This document shows positions 1-6,449 of a stretch of 34,137 nucleotides of DNA, in pieces. The notes under the pieces are model-generated. The model had not been told where the DNA came from and did no database searches. It worked only from the letters and a program-made list of their open reading frames with translations. The stretch is taken from IMG/VR virus record IMGVR_UViG_3300045988_022110, positions 1 through 34,137 of that record. The stretch is one strand, 5' to 3'. Position numbers and translations under genes: made by a program. Source of the stretch: a virus. How positions within the stretch are numbered: position 1 is the stretch's first letter; each line of letters opens with the position of its first letter.

Positions 1-119
1 ATTTATCTTATGGCTTTATTATACGCTCAATGAGCGTAAATGTCAAGAGGAAAAATGAAAAAATCAAAAAATAAATGGTACATAAATGGTACACAGACGT
101 CCCGCAAATGTCCCCCAGC
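1..119. repeat. Terminal direct repeat, copy 1 (end overlap of a circular or concatemeric molecule)
   Basis: Read base by base: atttatcttatggc...gcaaatgtcccccagc is identical to 34019-34137. Confidence 0.95.
71..92. repeat. Perfect tandem 11-mer ATAAATGGTAC x2 in the divergent intergenic region (second copy of the pair at 34089-34110)
   Basis: ataaatggtac at 71-81 is followed immediately by ataaatggtac at 82-92. It lies between the cassette B promoter and the cassette A start. Confidence 0.9.
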
Positions 120-190
120 GGAGCGGGGGAAACGGTAGACTGAGGATAGGAGCTGGCCAGCTTACTTATTTTTACCGGAGGTATTTTTTT

Positions 191-832
191 ATGGAATACG
201 CAAGCAAGGGACTCGCAGGGACTGCGCTGGGCTTTGGCATCGGCGGCGCCGCGCTGGGACTGGCGAACGGCGGCCTCGGCAATCTGCTTGGCGGCCTCGG
301 CCAGAACAACAGGACAGCGGCTGCAGAGGTAACGGCAGCTGCGGCCACGCCTGCCATGGCTGCACTGGCTGCCGCACTGGCCACACGCCAACAGGAGCCG
401 ACGTGCAGCGAGAACATGCCGGTCACGCGCTACGATCTGGAGCGCGAACAGAAGCTGGCCGCGAAGGACAGCGAGATCGCGCTGCTCAAGGCCAACACGT
501 ACAACGACGGCAAGATGCTCGAGGTGTACGCTTACATCGACGGGCAGCTCAAGGACGTACGTGAGGCGCTGTGCAAGCAGGCCGTCCACAACCAGCGCAC
601 CGAGGACAGCTTCGCGCTGGTCAAGCAGGACGTCGAGTCTGTCCGCAAGGAGGCGCTTGATGCGGTCAAGATGGAGGCCGAGCGCCGCTGCTGCGGTGAC
701 AACTCCATCGTCACATACGTCAACGCGACCTTTTATCCAAAGCAGGTCGCAGATGTCACCACAGGCACCGCGACCACGGCGCAGACGCTCTACAACCCGG
801 TCCCGAAGTGCGGCGGGTGCTGCAACAGCTAA
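191..832 (+). CDS. Hypothetical protein, 213 aa: N-terminal glycine-zipper-like hydrophobic segment, central helical region, Cys-rich C-terminus
   Basis: ATG at 191 lies 10 nt after GGAG (177-180); the track start at 86 has no RBS. N-terminus GLAGTALGFGIGGAALGLANGGLGNLLGGLG; C-terminus has RRCCGDNS and KCGGCCNS-stop. No family recognised. Confidence 0.75.
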   Translation: MEYASKGLAGTALGFGIGGAALGLANGGLGNLLGGLGQNNRTAAAEVTAAAATPAMAALAAALATRQQEPTCSENMPVTRYDLEREQKLAAKDSEIALLKANTYNDGKMLEVYAYIDGQLKDVREALCKQAVHNQRTEDSFALVKQDVESVRKEALDAVKMEAERRCCGDNSIVTYVNATFYPKQVADVTTGTATTAQTLYNPVPKCGGCCNS

Positions 833-838
833 GCAAAA

Positions 839-858
839 GGGGCGGCAATCGCCGCCCC
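839..858 (+). other. GC hairpin inside the operon (ggggcggc-aatc-gccgcccc), possible attenuator or RNA-stability element
   Basis: Perfect 8-bp GC stem directly after the stop of 191-832. No T tract follows; the next RBS, AAAGGAGG, follows. Confidence 0.35.
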
Positions 859-881
859 ATCGTTAAAGGAGGAAATCTGCA

Positions 882-1220
882 ATGACAGTGACGATAGATC
901 AGGCCATGCGCGGCGCGATGCGCTACGCTGACAACGAGGTCATTCCGCACCTGCCAGGCGGAAAGGGCATCGGGGCCGGGATCATGCTGGCGCTCATCAT
1001 GGAGGGCAGCCGCGAAAAGATCCTTGCGCTGCGCGAGAATCCGGCGGTCAAGATGATGCAGATCTTTGACGACGCTGGAAACATCGACCTCGACAAGCTC
1101 TACAACGCGGCCAGGCCGCGCTTTGAAAACAAGCTGACCGTATCCGTCCCGCTGCTGGGCGATATGCGGTTTGGCCAGAACGACGTCGATAAACTCTACC
1201 GGTATATCCAGGAGGCGTGA
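882..1220 (+). CDS. Hypothetical protein, 112 aa
   Basis: ATG at 882 is preceded by AAAGGAGG. GC-rich third codon positions. Short hydrophobic patch GIGAGIMLALIM. No family recognised. Confidence 0.7.
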   Translation: MTVTIDQAMRGAMRYADNEVIPHLPGGKGIGAGIMLALIMEGSREKILALRENPAVKMMQIFDDAGNIDLDKLYNAARPRFENKLTVSVPLLGDMRFGQNDVDKLYRYIQEA

Positions 1221-1224
1221 TGAG

Positions 1225-1692
1225 ATGAAAGAATATATCGAAAAGCTTTACACAAAGCTGCACGAGGCCATGGAGAAACCCGTGACGCTGGGCAGCGCAG
1301 AGGAAGTCGGGCTGTACGCGAAGACGATCTGCAGGCTCGAAAAGCTGCACGGGCACCACGACGAGCCGGAGGCGGCCACATTTGATCGAGAAACGGCGAT
1401 GCAGTGGGCAGCCAACATGCAAAACGCCGACGGCACGACCGGCCCGCACTGGACGATGGAACAGACAACGGCCGTGGCAGAGAGCATGGGCATTCAGCCA
1501 AACGAGATCCCACGCTGGGCGTGGGGCGTGACGCTCAACATGATGTACTCGGACTACTACCCCGTCGCCGTGGAGTTCGGCCTCAACCGCCCGGAGTTTT
1601 ACGCGTCGCTGGCCAAGGCGTTCCTGCTCGACAAGGACGGCCCGGGGCCGGAACAGAAGCTCATGGCGTATTATGAGCATATCGCAAAATAA
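1225..1692 (+). CDS. Hypothetical protein, 155 aa
   Basis: Internal ATG at 1225 (MKEYIEKLYTKL...) lies 4 nt after the stop of the previous gene; the track start at 1171 overlaps that gene. No family recognised. Confidence 0.7.
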   Translation: MKEYIEKLYTKLHEAMEKPVTLGSAEEVGLYAKTICRLEKLHGHHDEPEAATFDRETAMQWAANMQNADGTTGPHWTMEQTTAVAESMGIQPNEIPRWAWGVTLNMMYSDYYPVAVEFGLNRPEFYASLAKAFLLDKDGPGPEQKLMAYYEHIAK

Positions 1693-1696
1693 AAAA

Positions 1697-1722
1697 ATCC
1701 CTCTCCAAAACAGGAGAGGGAT
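1697..1722. terminator. Bidirectional rho-independent terminator between cassette A and the integrase
   Basis: Stem atccctctcc / ggagagggat with loop aaaaca. An A7 run lies upstream and ttcctttat downstream. It sits between convergent genes. Confidence 0.8.
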
Positions 1723-1726
1723 TCCT

Positions 1727-3301
1727 TTATCGATGCACGACCATCCCAATAACACCGTTTATAAAAACAAAGTGTTCGGATAAGGATACATCTGGTACGC
1801 CGGACGCGCCGAAATCCGAACCGGGAGGGGCTTCAAGGGCAAGCATTTCCGGGTAGGTAATTTGGGCAGAATCAGTGACGTTAAAAAACATTTTTATCCT
1901 GTCGTCGTAGATATAGATCGCGTTTACAAACAATTCGATAACTTTTTTGCGATATTCGAGGTCGGCGGAATCCACGGAGCGGAACTGGCTGAGCCATGCA
2001 GCAACGTCCTCTTTTTGCAGCTGGACGCGGCTGGCGATGCGCAGCGTGGCAAGCTCATCCTCCAGCGAGCGCTTGCGGGCTTCGGAAGCTTCAATGCGCT
2101 CGTTGATCTTTGCGATGGCGGCTGCCGACGTTGTTTTGATGAGCGTGTCGACGAGGGCATCCAGCTCCTTATCAGCCTCGCGGATCTGCCGCTCCAGCGG
2201 CTTTATGCCAGAGGCATCATAGCTCCGGGCATACTCGGCCACAACGCGGTCCGCTGCGGCGCTGATCCACTCGTCGGTGAGCACGTGCGTGCCGATATAC
2301 TCCACGATATACTGCTCCAGCTCATCCTTGCGCTCGTTGCGCTTTTTGCAAGTATGGGCCTTCTTTCGGGCGGCGCAGGTGTAATAATAATACGTTGCGC
2401 CGTGTCTGCCGCGGCCGCACTCCCCTATCATCGGCGCGCCGCACAGCCCGCAGAACAGCTTCCCATGCAGCAGGTATTCAATTTTTGCTTTTGCATGGCC
2501 GGGGGCTTTGGCATTCGCGGTCAGGCGCGCGCGGACCTGCTGCTTGAGCTCCTTGGAGACGATGGCCGGGAACGCGTCCTCAATCACGATATCATCGAGA
2601 TACCGGTACGTGCCGACATAGCGCTCGTTGGAGAGGATCCGTTTTACAGAATCGATCGTGAGCGGGTTCCCGCGCTGGTTGCGGTAGCCGCGCTGCGCAC
2701 AGTCGGCAACGATCTGCTTCTGCGTAGCGCCGGCGGCGTACTGCTCATGCACAAAGCGCACGATCTGAGCGGCTTCCTCATCGACTTCATAGCGCTTATC
2801 AACAACGCGATAGCCGAGCGGGGCAAGCCCACCGAGGCTCAGCGCCTTCTCCGCGTTCTGCCGCATGCCGCGCCGGACATTCTGAGCGAGCTGCCGGGAA
2901 TATTCTTCGGCCATGGCCTCCAGGATCGCCTCCAACAGCACGCTCTCGCTGCTGTCGCCGACGCCCTCGGTGACGGACAGCACGCGCACGCCGTTGGCGC
3001 GGAGCTTTTTCTTGTAGATCGCACTATCGTAGCGATCACGGGAAAAACGATCCAATTTCCACACCAGCACAAAATCAAACGCATGCTTCGCACTGTCAGA
3101 AATCATGCGCTGGAACTCCGGGCGCGTCTCAGCGTAGCGGCCAGACAGGGCACGATCACAATACTCGCCGACGACGCGATAGCCGCGCTGCTGCGCGTAT
3201 TCGCGGCACTTGGCCAGCTGGCCGTCGATGGATTGATCGTTCTGCCCGGCAGAAGAATACCGCGCATAGATCACAACGTTTGCAAGATTCAGGCCGTCCA
3301 T
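1727..3301 (-). CDS. int: Large serine recombinase (phage integrase), 524 aa
   Basis: N-terminal resolvase-type motif VVIYARYSSAGQ. DRFSRD segment. Cys-rich zinc ribbon CGLCGAPM...YYYYTCAARKKAHTCKKR. Long C-terminal coiled coil. GGAGG RBS before the ATG at 3301. Confidence 0.93.
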   Translation of the reverse strand: MDGLNLANVVIYARYSSAGQNDQSIDGQLAKCREYAQQRGYRVVGEYCDRALSGRYAETRPEFQRMISDSAKHAFDFVLVWKLDRFSRDRYDSAIYKKKLRANGVRVLSVTEGVGDSSESVLLEAILEAMAEEYSRQLAQNVRRGMRQNAEKALSLGGLAPLGYRVVDKRYEVDEEAAQIVRFVHEQYAAGATQKQIVADCAQRGYRNQRGNPLTIDSVKRILSNERYVGTYRYLDDIVIEDAFPAIVSKELKQQVRARLTANAKAPGHAKAKIEYLLHGKLFCGLCGAPMIGECGRGRHGATYYYYTCAARKKAHTCKKRNERKDELEQYIVEYIGTHVLTDEWISAAADRVVAEYARSYDASGIKPLERQIREADKELDALVDTLIKTTSAAAIAKINERIEASEARKRSLEDELATLRIASRVQLQKEDVAAWLSQFRSVDSADLEYRKKVIELFVNAIYIYDDRIKMFFNVTDSAQITYPEMLALEAPPGSDFGASGVPDVSLSEHFVFINGVIGMVVHR

Positions 3302-3317
3302 GGCAACCTCCAGAAAT

Positions 3318-3355
3318 ACCGCTCCGGCTTATCAGACCGGGGCGGTTGTTTTTTT
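3318..3355. terminator. Imperfect dyad accgctccgg-N9-ccggggcggt followed by a T-rich tract on the + strand: a terminator-like hairpin and a possible attP core
   Basis: 10-bp arms with one mismatch, then tgttttttt on the + strand. It occupies almost the whole 52-bp gap between int and the upstream minus-strand gene. Confidence 0.45.
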
Positions 3356-3764
3356 ATGTGCGGATCCAGCCGATTGATGGGCTGAGTACGTCGGCCACAA
3401 GCGCAAGGGCACACAGCGAAAGAATACCCAAGAGGATGAGCGTCACAAGCCGGTGCATGCGCAGGGACTTCTGATGCTGGGCAAGCTGCGCGCGAAGGGA
3501 TGCGTTCTCGGCACGGAGCATTTCGGCGTCGGAAGACTCGGCAGGCTCATCATGCGGGATACCGAAATAGTCATCAATAGAAACGCCCATCTCCCGGCAG
3601 ATCGGGCCGACCGTGTAAACAGATGGATTTTTGATGTCGCCGCGAAAAAACTGGGAGACGGTGCCGACGGAAAGGTCGGTATTTTCGGCGACGTCCTGGT
3701 TCGTTTTGTGCGGAGTGATCGTCTGCTTCTGCTCACGGCATAAATCAGATAATTTTTCCTTCAA
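3354..3764 (-). CDS. Membrane-anchored XRE-family HTH protein, 136 aa
   Basis: HTH-like NTDLSVGTVSQFFRGDIKNPSVYTVGPICREMGVSIDDYF. Coiled-coil AEMLRAENASLRAQLAQHQ. C-terminal TM helix LVTLILLGILSLCALALVADVL. TTG start with GGGGGA upstream. Confidence 0.75.
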   Translation of the reverse strand: MKEKLSDLCREQKQTITPHKTNQDVAENTDLSVGTVSQFFRGDIKNPSVYTVGPICREMGVSIDDYFGIPHDEPAESSDAEMLRAENASLRAQLAQHQKSLRMHRLVTLILLGILSLCALALVADVLSPSIGWIRT

Positions 3765-3883
3765 AACATATCATTCCCCCAAAAAAGCAAGACGTCTGAC
3801 TGCAAAAAGCAACTGTCATATCTTTACAAGTCTACCGTGGACAGGCTACCCTAAAGTTACAGACGGCTCCCGGTCGCCTGCGC

Positions 3884-3923
3884 AAGCAAAAGCCCGCGCC
3901 GTTGTTCGGCCAGCGGCGCGGGC
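3884..3923 (-). terminator. Rho-independent terminator after the TM2 gene
   Basis: Stem gcccgcgccg / cggcgcgggc, followed on the minus strand by ttttgcttg. Confidence 0.7.
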
Positions 3924-3929
3924 AAATCA

Positions 3930-4415
3930 TCATCCGAGCGCATACATAAGGCTGGGAATAACGCGGACGAACAAAAAGCAACCAGCGCAGAGCACAAGGG
4001 CGATGACAATAATAATTTTGCGGACGCGGCGCGGGCCTGCAACAGCGTCTGCATACTCATCCGGCGTCATGCCTGCGGTGTACTCATCATAGAGCGGGCG
4101 GCCAGCATCGTCAGTAAACTTATTATCATAGATCCGGCAAAAATCAACCAGCGTGCCGATACCCCAAAAGCCAAGCGTGATAAGCCAGAGCAGCCCAGTC
4201 CAGATCTTGCCGACATAAAACCGGTGCGCGCCGAAACCGCCGAGGAAGATGCAGAGCAGCAGCGCCGTTGAGCGTTTCTTCTGCGCGGGATGCTGTGTCT
4301 GCGTGCGAGATTCGGCTCTCGCCTGATCAAGAACATAGTTCACGGTCCCGCAGCCGCAGTGCGGGCAGATCAGAGCCTCGTCGTCGATCTCTTTACCGCA
4401 TTTGTTACAGTACAT
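3930..4415 (-). CDS. Zinc-ribbon plus TM2-domain membrane protein, 161 aa
   Basis: N-terminal CNKCG...CPHCGC. TM2 signature LLLCIFLGGFGAHRFYVGKIWTGLLWLITLGFWGIGTLVDFCRIY. One extra C-terminal TM helix. Confidence 0.85.
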   Translation of the reverse strand: MYCNKCGKEIDDEALICPHCGCGTVNYVLDQARAESRTQTQHPAQKKRSTALLLCIFLGGFGAHRFYVGKIWTGLLWLITLGFWGIGTLVDFCRIYDNKFTDDAGRPLYDEYTAGMTPDEYADAVAGPRRVRKIIIVIALVLCAGCFLFVRVIPSLMYALG

Positions 4416-4417
4416 AG

Positions 4418-4582
4418 TTACTCCTCCGCGTGGCTGGCGGCCTGCTGGACGATAGGATCGGACGCGCGATAAGAGCGGATGGCGGAAATGTTATCCGCAA
4501 GGTGTAAAAGGCCGATCCACGCAGCGACCGCAAGCAGGCAGGAGACCGAAACAAGGGCAACCTTCTGCCAGATATGTCGCAT
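4418..4582 (-). CDS. Small membrane protein, 54 aa
   Basis: ATG at 4582 is preceded by GGAGG; the track start at 4645 has no RBS. TM helix VALVSVSCLLAVAAWIGLL. The stop lies 2 nt before the start of the TM2 gene. Confidence 0.65.
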   Translation of the reverse strand: MRHIWQKVALVSVSCLLAVAAWIGLLHLADNISAIRSYRASDPIVQQAASHAEE

Positions 4583-4637
4583 GGCAAAACCTCCAGTTTG
4601 ACATATAAATTTTTGTAGGCTCTCATAATTGTAATTA

Positions 4638-4653
4638 TAGAACACATGTTCTA
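4638..4653. promoter_or_regulatory. LexA/DinR-type SOS box (Cheo box) between back-to-back -10 hexamers
   Basis: tAGAAC-ACAT-GTTCTa matches GAAC-N4-GTTC (CGAACRNRYGTTYC). TATAAT on the + strand at 4655-4660. TATAAT on the - strand at 4639-4634. Confidence 0.65.
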
Positions 4654-4774
4654 ATATAATTATGCGAGCGGGGATAAATCATCCTACAAATATTGTAAGA
4701 CAAGGGAGAGGAAAGCACAACCGGAAAAATGAACAAAAAATGAACGGCCTTTTTGTGGAAGAATGGAGGAACGT

Positions 4775-4885
4775 ATGGAACTGACACGAACAGAACTGAT
4801 GCAGGAAATCAGAAAACTGCTGCGGAAGGCCACGGAAGCGGAGCTTGATCTTGTGTGGCGCTTTGTGCGGTCGCTGGTCGCATAG
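4775..4885 (+). CDS. Small ORF, 36 aa (MELTRTELMQEIRKLLRKATEAELDLVWRFVRSLVA), candidate SOS-controlled peptide
   Basis: GGAGGA RBS 5 nt before the ATG at 4775. The + strand terminator at 4906-4941 follows. Too short for the ORF track. Confidence 0.4.
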   Translation: MELTRTELMQEIRKLLRKATEAELDLVWRFVRSLVA

Positions 4886-4895
4886 ACCGGAAGCA

Positions 4896-4941
4896 CAAAA
4901 AATGAGCCGAGGACGGTTATTCGTCCTCGGCCATTTTTTTT
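4896..4941. terminator. Bidirectional rho-independent terminator overlapping the 3-prime end of the repressor gene
   Basis: Stem gccgaggacg / cgtcctcggc (4906-4931). A T8 run follows on the + strand and a T6 run on the - strand. Confidence 0.75.
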
Positions 4942-5291
4942 GCGATCTCGGCGAGCAGCTGCCACTCGTCAACACTGAGCTTGCTGATGATCGATACAAA
5001 CCGCTTGCGCGGCGCGTCGTCTGGATCGTGCATCACGACGCCCATAAACTCGGCGATTTCCTGATTCCGCGTAAGCTTCTGCTTCATCTCGCCCTCGCCA
5101 GTACGGAGCCAGGTCTCGCTCACACCGTATTCACGGCAGATATCAGCGATTGTGCGATCACTTGGCTGCTTTGCACCGGAGCACAACGATGAGACGAACT
5201 GAGACGAGACGTGAAGAGATTCAGCAAACTTCGTCTTTGTAAAGCCAAGCTCTTTGATTAAGAAATCAATCCGCTGATTGATGGTTTCCAT
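4917..5291 (-). CDS. CI-like XRE-family repressor, 124 aa, with no peptidase S24 domain
   Basis: N-terminal HTH IDFLIKELGFTKTKFAESLHVSSQFVSSLCSGAKQPSDRTIADICREYGVS. AAGGAGGG RBS. Divergent from the early operon. Too short to contain an autocleavage domain. Confidence 0.85.
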   Translation of the reverse strand: METINQRIDFLIKELGFTKTKFAESLHVSSQFVSSLCSGAKQPSDRTIADICREYGVSETWLRTGEGEMKQKLTRNQEIAEFMGVVMHDPDDAPRKRFVSIISKLSVDEWQLLAEIAKKMAEDE

Positions 5292-5313
5292 TGTTATCCC
5301 TCCTTATGAAACT

Positions 5314-5342
5314 AGGTTACCACACGTAGGTACAAAAGTCAA
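5314..5342 (-). promoter_or_regulatory. Candidate repressor-maintenance promoter
   Basis: On the minus strand: TTGACT, 17 nt, TAACCT, then the AAGGAGGG RBS and the ATG at 5291. The -10 is weak. Confidence 0.4.
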
Positions 5343-5374
5343 GAAATAAATGAAACTTAGATTCAAAATAATGC

Positions 5375-5403
5375 TTGACAACGAAACTGAGACGTGATAA
5401 TAT
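5375..5403 (+). promoter_or_regulatory. Early (lytic) promoter
   Basis: TTGACA (5375-5380), 17-nt spacer, TAATAT (5398-5403). It lies 45 nt upstream of the first early gene. Confidence 0.75.
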
Positions 5404-5447
5404 GAATCTAGGTTACAGATAACAGAAACCAATGCGAGGTGAGAACA

Positions 5448-5594
5448 ATGTCCGAGAAGGAAAAGCAGGTTATGGAAAGCCTGAGCAAGAATACTGAGAA
5501 GCTGACACCGGCACAGATGCAGCGCCTGAGCGATATCGCCTATGGCATGGCACTGGCCAAGGAAAGCAAGCAGGACGAGCGGAAGGAGGCATGA
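5448..5594 (+). CDS. Small early protein, 48 aa (first gene of the early operon; no obvious HTH)
   Basis: GAGGTGAG RBS then ATG at 5448. MSEKEKQVMESLSKNTEKLTPAQMQRLSDIAYGMALAKESKQDERKEA. Below the ORF track cut-off. Confidence 0.55.
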   Translation: MSEKEKQVMESLSKNTEKLTPAQMQRLSDIAYGMALAKESKQDERKEA

Positions 5595-5597
5595 GCC

Positions 5598-5780
5598 GTG
5601 CTGGCAGCAGTTGCATACCGGGCAGCGGACGGGAGTTTTCTCCCGGCAGAGCCCTTTGAGATCAAGCGCCAGGACGACGGGCACGGAGCGTCCAAGCTGG
5701 ACGCCTTCGCCCGCTGGGCAGCGGAGCGCTACAGGAAGGAACAGGAGGAGCGCACATGCAGGCCAAAACCTACACCCTAA
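5598..5780 (+). CDS. Hypothetical early protein, 60 aa
   Basis: GTG start with GGAAGGAGG upstream. Overlaps the next gene by 25 nt. Confidence 0.5.
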   Translation: MLAAVAYRAADGSFLPAEPFEIKRQDDGHGASKLDAFARWAAERYRKEQEERTCRPKPTP

Positions 5781-5965
5781 CGCTGGATGCGCAGGAGCTG
5801 CGGGACGTGATTGAGGCGGCGCTGGTGTGTGAGTGCCAGAACGCCGAGGCCGCCCGCGCTATGCAGCGCAAGGGCTACGATCTCGAGGCACAGAAGTTGC
5901 ATTGCATGAACGCGCGGCTGATGCGTGTGGTCAAGCGGATGCAGGAGACGGAGGCGAAGGCATGA
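5756..5965 (+). CDS. Hypothetical early protein, 69 aa
   Basis: AGGAGG RBS before the ATG at 5756. The stop overlaps the next start (ATGA). Confidence 0.6.
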   Translation: MQAKTYTLTLDAQELRDVIEAALVCECQNAEAARAMQRKGYDLEAQKLHCMNARLMRVVKRMQETEAKA

Positions 5966-6207
5966 AAAAGCTGCTTCTGACAACGGCTGAATGGCTGTAT
6001 CTCAAGTGGACGCTCGAAAGGAACATGATCCGGATGGATGTGGATACGTTCCGCCTCAAAGAGGGCGCACTGGGCAGCGAAGCAAGGCAGGAAGCCATTG
6101 GGAAAGAGCTCGAGAGCATTGAGAAGGAGCGCAGGAATATCGAGTGGGTGCTGGAAAAGATCAAGGCGGCGGACAGTGTACAGGACGGAACGGAGGAGAA
6201 AAAATGA
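5962..6207 (+). CDS. Hypothetical early protein, 81 aa
   Basis: Internal ATG at 5962 (MKKLLLTTAEW...) overlaps the previous stop. The N-terminal extension in the track is Arg/Gly junk. Confidence 0.6.
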   Translation: MKKLLLTTAEWLYLKWTLERNMIRMDVDTFRLKEGALGSEARQEAIGKELESIEKERRNIEWVLEKIKAADSVQDGTEEKK

Positions 6208-6449
6208 GAACCAATCTTGCAGAGCGGCTCGGGTATGAGCCGGAGGAAGAGACCAGGGAGCGGCAGAAGCGGTTGCTGGAGGAGCTGCGGTACCGGGAGG
6301 CCATGCGGCGGGTGGCGAAGACCTGCTGCGTGTGGCTGGGCGGCGCGGCATTTGTGCTGGCGGTGATTGCCGGGTACGCAGAGATGACCGACGCCTGCGT
6401 CGTGACCGGCGCGATCGCGCTGGGCCTGACGACCTACGGGATCCTGTGA
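6204..6449 (+). CDS. Small membrane protein, 81 aa
   Basis: ATGA start/stop overlap at 6204. Two hydrophobic helices: CCVWLGGAAFVLAVIAGY and VVTGAIALGLTTYGIL. Confidence 0.6.
   Translation: MRTNLAERLGYEPEEETRERQKRLLEELRYREAMRRVAKTCCVWLGGAAFVLAVIAGYAEMTDACVVTGAIALGLTTYGIL

Larger units (their letters stand above)
5307..5416. promoter_or_regulatory. Putative operator set of the genetic switch: three related 14-15-mers
   Basis: tgaaactaggttac (5307-5320) and tgaatctaggttac (5403-5416) differ at one position. A degenerate copy tgaaacttagattca lies at 5351-5365. The outer copies overlap the -10 regions of the two divergent promoters. Confidence 0.5.

Noticed and set aside
1-119. Interpreting the 119-bp terminal repeat as a genuine virion direct terminal repeat
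   Set aside because: This is not excluded but less likely. The repeat cuts through a promoter/gene unit. The genome carries the HNH-terS-terL arrangement typical of cos phages, and an exact overlap that ends at the window edge is what circular assemblies produce.
86-190. Upstream extension of the first gene (track start at 86, MVHRRPANVPQRSGG...)
   Set aside because: There is no RBS at 86 and the extension is Arg/Gly-rich. A GGAG-ATG pair at 177-193 gives a sensible start. The extension would also run through the repeat and hairpin region.
1862-3385. 507-aa + strand ORF covering the whole integrase region
   Set aside because: It is the antisense shadow of the serine recombinase gene. The minus frame carries clear catalytic and zinc-ribbon motifs. 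The + frame is Ala/Arg/Leu-rich with no RBS. Long antisense ORFs are expected at this GC content.
5198-5397. GAGACG repeats (gagacgaactgagacgagacgtga inside the repressor gene, and ctgagacgtga in the early promoter spacer) as extra operators
   Set aside because: The first cluster lies in the codons for the HTH recognition helix, and the shared core is only 6-11 nt. Chance similarity is as likely as function. The 14-mer repeats are better operator candidates.
5542-5814. Alternative-frame 90-aa ORF overlapping the small early genes
   Set aside because: It is Arg/Ser/Pro-rich with no RBS. The competing frames (5598-5780 and 5756-5965) have GGAGG-type RBSs and coupled junctions.
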